Shown here piece by piece: positions 6,967-13,368 of a DNA stretch of 16,649 nucleotides (the first letter of the stretch is position 1; every line of letters starts with the position of its first letter). The position numbers were made by a program, and so were the translations under genes. The notes below the pieces were generated by a model, which saw only the letters and a program-made list of their open reading frames with translations, was not told where the DNA came from and did no database searches. The DNA comes from Deinococcales bacterium (lineage in GTDB: Bacteria > Deinococcota > Deinococci > Deinococcales > JAAFIG01). The stretch covers positions 1 to 16,649 of the forward strand of contig JANNVX010000097.1 of NCBI GenBank assembly GCA_031414595.1. Reading direction: 5' to 3'.

Positions 6967-8307
6967 TCATGCCCCAGTCAGTTTACGAATCTCTTCGTCC
7001 GATGGTAAACCATTGGCGTTGCTCGATCCACCGCCGACTTTAATGGTCTGGGTTTTCGCTCCCATTTTAATGGTTTTGGCTGTCCCAGCCGAAATTCCCT
7101 TGCCCGAATCAAGTTCTGATTTGGCTTGGTCAAGCACTTGGGTCATGGCAGCATTGCCGAGGCGAACAGTCATGGCTCGAGCAATTTCGATGGTCTTGGC
7201 AGCCGCTTGCGGATTGGTTTGGGCTTCTTGGGCGGCTTGTTTGACCAGTCCTTCAAGGTTGCGTTGCTGCACGTAACCCATCACAGTTGGGTTGACCGCA
7301 GCCGTGGCGTTCTCGTCAAAACTAAATTCAACAACCACATCCACGGGTGGAATTTCGCCCCGAGTTCCCTCGCCGGGCATGTCAAAAGTTAAACCAATCT
7401 GGGCAATTCGCACCCGAGCCGGTGGGCGCGGCGGCAAGGTTAGCTCGAGCAGAAAAGCAGTTTGGTCTTTAGATTCTAAGTTACCCGCTCGGGCTTTCAT
7501 TGCGCCACCCAAGTTCTGCATTTCGCATTCGGCAAGGAACGGGTAGACTCGAGTTACGCGGTCTAAAGTTACTCCTTTCACGCCACGCAAGCTAAACTCG
7601 AGGTTGGTGACGACTTCATTAGCCGCTTTCTTGAATTCTTCGCCAAGTACCTCATCTAAGTTATCAGCTAGAAAACTGATTGGAGGACTGGCGTTTTGTC
7701 CAACCACACGAATCACTCGCCCGCCAGTACGGTCAGAAATTTCGCCCATCAAGTCTTCGTTGAACTCATCACCTACGCCGATACTGGTAATTGCTACGCC
7801 TTGCGCCACATAGGTATTGGTCACGGCACGGCAAGCATCCTCATCAAAAGTTGCCCCATCTGTCATTAGCATCACCCGTTTATTGGTGTTGCCCGCTATT
7901 GTGTGGTTTAACGCCTCGAGCATCCCCAAGCCCATCATTGTGCCGCCCGAGTGTTTGCGTAAGGCTTCGACAGCCGCTAACATCTGATTGCGGTTGCCTG
8001 TTGGGGCGGTTAAGGTACTGGCATCATCGTCAAATTGAACAATCGCAACGCTGTCCTTATCAGATAAACTAGAACTCGAGACAAGGGCTTTCATGGCGTT
8101 CAGGGTTAAATCCAATTTGGTTTTACCACCCGCCACTTTTTCACGCATACTGCCAGAGGTATCCACAATAAAAGTTAAGGCCAGTGCTGCCCGAGTGGTG
8201 ATTTGTGGGGTTAGCTGTGCCAACAAAAAGAGTTTTTGGGTGTCGGCACTCCCTTCGGGTGAGGCTCGTAAATAATTGCGGTGGGGGGTTAAAGAGACTT
8301 CGATCAA
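6967..8307 (-). CDS. von Willebrand factor A (vWA) domain protein
   Basis: MIDAS motif DTSGSM, GGT.M, MTDG and IGVG.EFNE. TTG start with SD GGAGGA (8317-8312). Helical C-terminus. Confidence 0.92.
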   Translation of the reverse strand: MIEVSLTPHRNYLRASPEGSADTQKLFLLAQLTPQITTRAALALTFIVDTSGSMREKVAGGKTKLDLTLNAMKALVSSSSLSDKDSVAIVQFDDDASTLTAPTGNRNQMLAAVEALRKHSGGTMMGLGMLEALNHTIAGNTNKRVMLMTDGATFDEDACRAVTNTYVAQGVAITSIGVGDEFNEDLMGEISDRTGGRVIRVVGQNASPPISFLADNLDEVLGEEFKKAANEVVTNLEFSLRGVKGVTLDRVTRVYPFLAECEMQNLGGAMKARAGNLESKDQTAFLLELTLPPRPPARVRIAQIGLTFDMPGEGTRGEIPPVDVVVEFSFDENATAAVNPTVMGYVQQRNLEGLVKQAAQEAQTNPQAAAKTIEIARAMTVRLGNAAMTQVLDQAKSELDSGKGISAGTAKTIKMGAKTQTIKVGGGSSNANGLPSDEEIRKLTGA

Positions 8308-8461
8308 GGCATCCTCCTACGGAATGGTAATTACACACCATTCTACGCTTTTTGGGCTTAAAAAGTTCCTGATTGCGGCTACAACCAAAGGATGAGACCG
8401 ATTTTTGCTTGCTAAACCAAAAATCACACCCGCAGTAGTGATTTGCGTTACAATAACAGAC

Positions 8462-10339
8462 ATGGAAAACATCACTTGGCAAGAAAAATTCCGCTACTGG
8501 TTTGATAATGTCATGGCAAAAGGTCCACTTGCGACCATTGGCTTACTGTTTGTGGCAAGCATTGCTTTTATCAGTCTGATTGGTGTTTTGGTGACCCTGT
8601 TTGGTTTTGCCCCCGAAGGTGAAGGCGGTCAGCCCCAAGGTTTACCAGACGTGATTTGGGGCAACTTAATGCGAACCTTAGACAGTGGCACGATGGGTGG
8701 TGACACAGGCTGGGGCTTTCGGGTCTTTATGCTAATTGTCACGCTTGGTGGGGTTTTTCTGGTTGCCAGCTTAATCGGTATTATCTCTGGGGCGTTTGAT
8801 AGCAAAATCGAAGAACTGAAAAAAGGACGTTCACGGGTTTTAGAGAACGATCACACCCTGATTCTTGGGTGGAACTCGCAAGTCTACGGAATTCTGAACG
8901 AAATCTGTTTAGCCAACGAGTCACGCACCCGCCCTGCGATAGTGGTCTTGTCCGAAACTGACAAAAGCGAAATGGAAGAAAGCATCCGCGAACGGGTACA
9001 GAGTGGCAAAACCCGAATTATTTGTCGCAATGGCAACCCAATGGACTTAACCGACCTCGAATTGGGCAATTTTAACGCTGCCAGAAGCATCATCATTCTT
9101 GCACCAACCGACACCACCGACCCAGACTCGAGCATCATCAAAACCACGCTTGCCTTGACCAATCACCCAAAGCGCAGCCAAAAACCATTCCATATTGTTG
9201 CCGAAATCCAAGCCAGCGATAACTTAGAAGCCGCCAAGCTGGTTGGCAAAGACGAAGCCCATTTTATTCTGGCTAAAGATTTAATCTCGAGAATCACGGT
9301 GCAAACTTGTCGGCAAAGTGGTCTAAGTGTGGTCTACACCGAATTACTCGATTTTGGCGGCGACGAAATTTATATTTCCAAACAATCCGAACTGGCGGGC
9401 AAAACCTATTTTGAAGCCCAAATGTCATTTGCCAAATGCAGTGTCATGGGGTTTTCCAGAGGCGGCGCAATTCATTTAAACCCAAGTCCAGACACAAAAC
9501 TCGAGGCAAACGACGAACTAATTTTAATTGCCGAAGACGACAGTTTAATCACCCGCAGCCCAGCCCCAAGTCAGATTAACGAAGCTGCCATTTCAGATGC
9601 CAAAGAACCACAAGCCCAACCTGAAAAGACCCTGATTCTTGGTATTAACTCTACGCTTGGCACAATTATTTCCGAGCTTGACCAATACGTTGCCACTGGT
9701 TCACAAACCCTAATTATTGCCGATGCCGCTACTCCAGCCTTAGCCAATCCGACCAACCAGAATTTGCTCTTTAAGCGTGGCGACCCCGCCAGCCGCGCCG
9801 TTCTCGAGGGCTTACAACCCTTTGATTATGACCATATCATTGCCCTTGCCAGCGACACCATGCCGATGCAAGCCGCCGATGCCAAAACCCTGATTACCTT
9901 GCTGCACCTGCGCGACATCGCCGAGAAAAACGGCAACGACCTGAGTATTGTCTCGGAAATGCTCGACACCAAAAACCGCGAACTTGCCGAAGTTACCAAA
10001 GCCGATGACTTTATTGTGTCTGATAAGCTGATTAGTTTAATGCTTTCGCAAATATCCGAGAACAAACAACTCGCCGAAGTCTTCAGGTATTTATTTTCCA
10101 ATGATGGCTGCGAAATTTACTTGCGCCCAGCCAACTTGTATATCAAACAAGGCTCGAGCGCAGACTTTTATACTGTTTTAGAAGCCGCCCGTCGGCGCAA
10201 GGAAACCGCCATTGGCTACCGAATCGCCAAAGATGCCCACAATGCCAGCCGATCTTATGGTGTTAAAGTCAATCCCAATAAACTCGAGACCCTGACCTTC
10301 TCGAGTGAAGATAGAATTATTGTCTTGGCAGAAGAATAG
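8462..10339 (+). CDS. CASTOR/POLLUX (DMI1/SYM8)-like cation channel with tandem RCK/TrkA-N domains
   Basis: FRYWFDN.M; two TM helices around the pore segment TLDSGTMGGD; L.KGRS.VLE.DH.LILGW, GLS.VYTELLDFGGDEIY and G.EIYLRPA motifs. Start taken at ATG 8462 (TACAAT 7 nt upstream). Confidence 0.85.
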   Translation: MENITWQEKFRYWFDNVMAKGPLATIGLLFVASIAFISLIGVLVTLFGFAPEGEGGQPQGLPDVIWGNLMRTLDSGTMGGDTGWGFRVFMLIVTLGGVFLVASLIGIISGAFDSKIEELKKGRSRVLENDHTLILGWNSQVYGILNEICLANESRTRPAIVVLSETDKSEMEESIRERVQSGKTRIICRNGNPMDLTDLELGNFNAARSIIILAPTDTTDPDSSIIKTTLALTNHPKRSQKPFHIVAEIQASDNLEAAKLVGKDEAHFILAKDLISRITVQTCRQSGLSVVYTELLDFGGDEIYISKQSELAGKTYFEAQMSFAKCSVMGFSRGGAIHLNPSPDTKLEANDELILIAEDDSLITRSPAPSQINEAAISDAKEPQAQPEKTLILGINSTLGTIISELDQYVATGSQTLIIADAATPALANPTNQNLLFKRGDPASRAVLEGLQPFDYDHIIALASDTMPMQAADAKTLITLLHLRDIAEKNGNDLSIVSEMLDTKNRELAEVTKADDFIVSDKLISLMLSQISENKQLAEVFRYLFSNDGCEIYLRPANLYIKQGSSADFYTVLEAARRRKETAIGYRIAKDAHNASRSYGVKVNPNKLETLTFSSEDRIIVLAEE

Positions 10340-10341
10340 GG

Positions 10342-10393
10342 AAGGCGAAAGTTAAAAGGCGAAAGTAAACCTTCGCCTTTTAACTTTTGCCTT
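10342..10393. terminator. Long inverted repeat built from heptamer units; probable bidirectional terminator
   Basis: 22-nt arms AAGGCGAAAGTTAAAAGGCGAA (10342-10363) and TTCGCCTTTTAACTTTTGCCTT (10372-10393), 21/22 complementary, 8-nt loop. Fills the gap between two convergent stops. Confidence 0.7.
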
Positions 10394-11568
10394 TATCCCT
10401 CTTGGTCATTCAGCAACTCGAGAAAGGCTTTTTCTAGGTCTGTAGGTAAGTCCTTACCGCGCCTCTCAGCATAAAAGGTGCGGTATGCCTCAAGGGGGCT
10501 AAGTTCTGGCGTTTGGGCTGTCTCGAGGGTGGTTTTGATTTCTTGGTTTCTAATTTCGGTCTCAAGCGCAAAGAGTTGACTGGGATTCCACCAAGATTTG
10601 ATGCCGTTTAGGATGCGGTCTTTTAAGCCTTGCATCGGGGAATCGAGTTGTATCACCAATTTGGCATGACCAGTAAAGCCTTTTAATTCCTCGAGTTTGC
10701 GTTCAATACCGTCCAAGTCGGTGCGGATGTTCTTTAAGGTCTTACCACTCGAGAGTGGAATATGCTGGACTTTAGCGGGTTTGCCGGGGCTAACTTCGAT
10801 GAGATTGACCCGTTTTTGTTCGCCGGCTTCACCAAAATCGAGTTGGATAATGCTGCCACTGTACTGCACAGGTGGGGCGCTACCGAGTTCTTGGGGTTTG
10901 TGCAGATGCCCGAGTGCCACATATTGGGCGCTCGAGGGGAAACTCTGTGGGTCTAGGCTGTAACTGTTACTAACATGAAAACTGTATTCCGAATTGGAGA
11001 GCAGTCCGCCATCTAAGGTGGTGTGTAGCATCAGGATATTGACCGCATCGGCGCGAAAACCTTGACAGATATGGTTGACAAAAAAACGCATTCCATCGCG
11101 GTACTTTTGTCGCCACTCGCCAACATCAGGGGCTTTGAGTAAATCGGCGGCTTTGACCAACCGTCGCTCGGATAAAAAGGGTAAGCCAGCCACCACCAAC
11201 GAACCCGCCTGTAACTCGAGGGTCACGGCTTTTAAGTCTGGGCGGACTGTGCCGAGTAAACTGACTTTGACCTTTGAAAGTAAACCCGCCACGCTCTCTA
11301 AACGCTGTGGGTTATCGTGATTACCAGCAATCACCACACTCGGAATACCAACTGCGCCTAGTGTGAGAAAAAAATTATAAACTGCACTTTCGGCTTCGGC
11401 ATTGGGATTAGGCATGTCGTAGACATCGCCAGCCACCAGCACCGCGTCTACTTTTTCGGATTTGGCTAAGGCAGCAATTTCCTCGAGCGCAGCCCGAATC
11501 TCGGAAGTCCGTTCAAAGCCGCGTAAGGTGCGCCCCGCGTGCCAGTCTGCCGTATGAAGTAACCTCAT
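10393..11568 (-). CDS. sbcD: Nuclease SbcCD subunit D (Mre11-like metallophosphoesterase)
   Basis: HTADWHAG, AGDVYD, IAGNHD, ALGHLH and YSGS...DFGE motifs. Start set at MRLLHTADWH (ATG 11568). Confidence 0.92.
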   Translation of the reverse strand: MRLLHTADWHAGRTLRGFERTSEIRAALEEIAALAKSEKVDAVLVAGDVYDMPNPNAEAESAVYNFFLTLGAVGIPSVVIAGNHDNPQRLESVAGLLSKVKVSLLGTVRPDLKAVTLELQAGSLVVAGLPFLSERRLVKAADLLKAPDVGEWRQKYRDGMRFFVNHICQGFRADAVNILMLHTTLDGGLLSNSEYSFHVSNSYSLDPQSFPSSAQYVALGHLHKPQELGSAPPVQYSGSIIQLDFGEAGEQKRVNLIEVSPGKPAKVQHIPLSSGKTLKNIRTDLDGIERKLEELKGFTGHAKLVIQLDSPMQGLKDRILNGIKSWWNPSQLFALETEIRNQEIKTTLETAQTPELSPLEAYRTFYAERRGKDLPTDLEKAFLELLNDQEG

Positions 11569-11644
11569 TGTTGGTATCATGACATAACCGACTGTGCTTT
11601 GGGATGGCATTTAAGCAGACCAAAAGCTGGAAGTAAAAATACTC

Positions 11645-11656
11645 GTAAACGTTTAC
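11645..11656. promoter_or_regulatory. LacI/GalR-type operator-like palindrome
   Basis: Perfect 12-bp palindrome GTAAACGTTTAC with a central CG, in the divergent intergenic region between sbcD and the small ORF. Confidence 0.45.
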
Positions 11657-11769
11657 AGTAGTTGCACTGACCGGCACTCACGGTGCAACAGGCACACCGC
11701 GAACAACAGCAACAGAGCAGAACACAAATGTGAATGCAAGCCAACATTCTTGCCTAAAGGTGAATGACC

Positions 11770-11982
11770 ATGAGTCGAATTCAAATCGAGAACGGATACA
11801 GCCTTTGTATCATGCACCGCCAACCCTATACCCACTTGTTGCTCGAGCAAACCCTACCCGATGGCAGTACGATTCTGCACGGCGAAAAGAAACTCGAGAA
11901 CAGCGAACTTGAAGCATTTTTAGCTTTCGGTTCAAACAACGCCCAAGCTATCCGAGAAGCATTTAGGCACAAAGACGCTTGA
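11770..11982 (+). CDS. Small hypothetical protein (70 aa; alternative start at 11764)
   Basis: SD-like AAGGTG at 11757-11762. Occupies an otherwise empty gap. Two CTCGAG sites read as LE codons, as in the neighbouring genes. No recognisable domain. Confidence 0.6.
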   Translation: MSRIQIENGYSLCIMHRQPYTHLLLEQTLPDGSTILHGEKKLENSELEAFLAFGSNNAQAIREAFRHKDA

Positions 11983-12007
11983 CGTTTGCAAACTTGGATG
12001 TTAAAGT
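11979..12007 (+). promoter_or_regulatory. tRNA promoter
   Basis: TTGACG (11979-11984), 17-bp spacer, TAAAGT (12002-12007) with a TG extension; lies 38 nt upstream of the tRNA. Confidence 0.7.
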
Positions 12008-12045
12008 CCTCCCTCGCGTGGCAAGCCACGCAGCCCATGCAGTAC

Positions 12046-12122
12046 GGGCGGTTAGCTCAGCTGGTTAGAGCACCCCGCTGATAACGGGGAGGTCCGCGGT
12101 TCGAGTCCGCGACCGCCCACCA
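12046..12122 (+). tRNA. tRNA-Ile (anticodon GAU)
   Basis: 77 nt. Acceptor stem GGGCGGT/ACCGCCC + ACCA; D-arm AGCTCAGCTGGTTAGAGC; anticodon arm CCCCG-CTGATAA-CGGGG; T-loop GGTTCGAGTCC. Confidence 0.97.
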
Positions 12123-12128
12123 GTACCT

Positions 12129-12156
12129 TCCCCTCGAGAACTCGAGGGGATTTTTT
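12129..12156 (+). terminator. Rho-independent terminator after the tRNA; possibly also serves the convergent aldolase gene
   Basis: TCCCCTCGAG-AA-CTCGAGGGGA followed by TTTTTT. Confidence 0.8.
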
Positions 12157-13036
12157 ATGTCCAATCAGACACAGCTTGCAGTAATTTCTCTAGGGCGATG
12201 TTGGTATCGGCATCGACATCTAAAAGCGGCGCTCGAGGATACCCCGCGCTGACCTCGAGTAAACGCAAGGCTGCTTTTAAGCCCGGTACGCCATAATCAC
12301 GGGTCACGGCATACGATAACGGATTGACAACCCGTTGCAACTCGAGCGCTTTGTCTAAGTCGCCCTCAGAAAACGCCTGCATAATCGCTTTGAATGCCTT
12401 TGGCATGATATTCCCAGCCGCCAGAATCGCGCCTTGCGCTCCAACTGCCAAAGCTGGCAAAAGAGTAGGGGCATTACCGGTTAATAAATTAAAACCATTT
12501 GGCGTGACTCGAGCGATTTCGGTAAAATTCATAATGTCACCACTGGAATCCTTGACCCCAGCCACATTTGGGTGCATTCCAATCCGACTAAACCAAGCGG
12601 GTGCATGGGCAATCCCCGAAACTTGCGGGATGTTATAGACATAGACTGGAATCGGACTTGAATTTGCCACGGTCATAAAATGGGTCTCGAGAACATTTGG
12701 GGTCATGCTGCCACGGTTGTAATACGGCGCAATCACCAAGGCTGCATCCGCCCCTGCTTCTGAGGCATCACGGCAACGTTCAATCACATGGGCAGTGGCT
12801 TCGCCGCCAGCCCCTGCAATCATGGTCTTGATAGCTGGGATGGCTTCACGAGCGGCGGCTAAGACCCTTAGCCGCTCAGGTTCATCCAGGTAGGCTACTT
12901 CGCCATTTGAACCAAGGATTAGAAAACCATCCACATGAGGCTCGAGCCAAGCAATTAACTGCTGCAAGGCTGGCAAGTCCAAAGAACCATCTTTTTTGAA
13001 TGGGGTGGGTACAGGCGGGAATAATCCAGTTAGCAT
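12155..13036 (-). CDS. Dihydrodipicolinate synthase/NAL-family aldolase (4-hydroxy-2-oxoglutarate aldolase-like)
   Basis: G.FPPVPTPF, GSNGE (not GTTGE), YVYNIP and the Schiff-base Lys in GVKDSSGD. Confidence 0.88.
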   Translation of the reverse strand: MLTGLFPPVPTPFKKDGSLDLPALQQLIAWLEPHVDGFLILGSNGEVAYLDEPERLRVLAAAREAIPAIKTMIAGAGGEATAHVIERCRDASEAGADAALVIAPYYNRGSMTPNVLETHFMTVANSSPIPVYVYNIPQVSGIAHAPAWFSRIGMHPNVAGVKDSSGDIMNFTEIARVTPNGFNLLTGNAPTLLPALAVGAQGAILAAGNIMPKAFKAIMQAFSEGDLDKALELQRVVNPLSYAVTRDYGVPGLKAALRLLEVSAGYPRAPLLDVDADTNIALEKLLQAVSDWT

Positions 13037-13089
13037 GAATACAGTCTAGCACCTTTGTCTGGTTCTCAAAATAAAAAACGCACACCTGA

Positions 13090-13308
13090 TAGAGCCTCTT
13101 AAAAGAATGCCATTTTATCGTTGGTTACAGGACAGACACAGGGGTGTCTTGACCATAAACGCGCACCTGACGACGGGCATGGTCGCCTGTCCCTACAGGC
13201 ATGGCATAAACAATACGTGAGGTAGGGGCGAACCCCCGTGTTCGCCCTGTTTTTCCATTTACGTGTTTGACGAAAATCTCTAAGAATCAAGACCTTTCGG
13301 AGGCTCTA
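13090..13308. mobile_element. 219-bp non-autonomous MITE-like element with terminal inverted repeats and a 9-bp target-site duplication
   Basis: Ends TAGAGCCTC (13090-13098) and GAGGCTCTA (13300-13308), extending to 13/16 complementarity. CACACCTGA flanks both sides (13081-13089 and 13309-13317). No credible ORF inside. Confidence 0.72.
13172..13247. repeat. Divergent pair of GTAG-REP-like hairpins inside the MITE
   Basis: Minus strand GTAGGGACAGGCGACCATGCCCGTC (13196-13172); plus strand GTAG-GGGCGAAC-CCCCGT-GTTCGCCC (13222-13247). Confidence 0.6.
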
Positions 13309-13368
13309 CACACCTGATAAGCCAAGGGTTTTAAGAATTTTGTTGTATCGTTTAATCAAAGGAAAAAG

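Noticed and set aside
8405-8461. TTG-start extension of the channel gene
   Set aside because: The -10 box TACAAT lies inside it, and family-like sequence begins at MENITWQEKFRY.
3139-8482. Numerous 60-150 aa overlapping ORFs across the kinase operon
   Set aside because: Antisense or out-of-frame shadows of well-supported genes.
11569-11610. 14-aa extension of SbcD
   Set aside because: SbcD proteins typically begin M(R/K).LHT.DWH.
13099-13290. 63-aa minus-strand ORF inside the MITE
   Set aside because: Crosses REP-like hairpins, has no transposase motifs and no SD; probably spurious.
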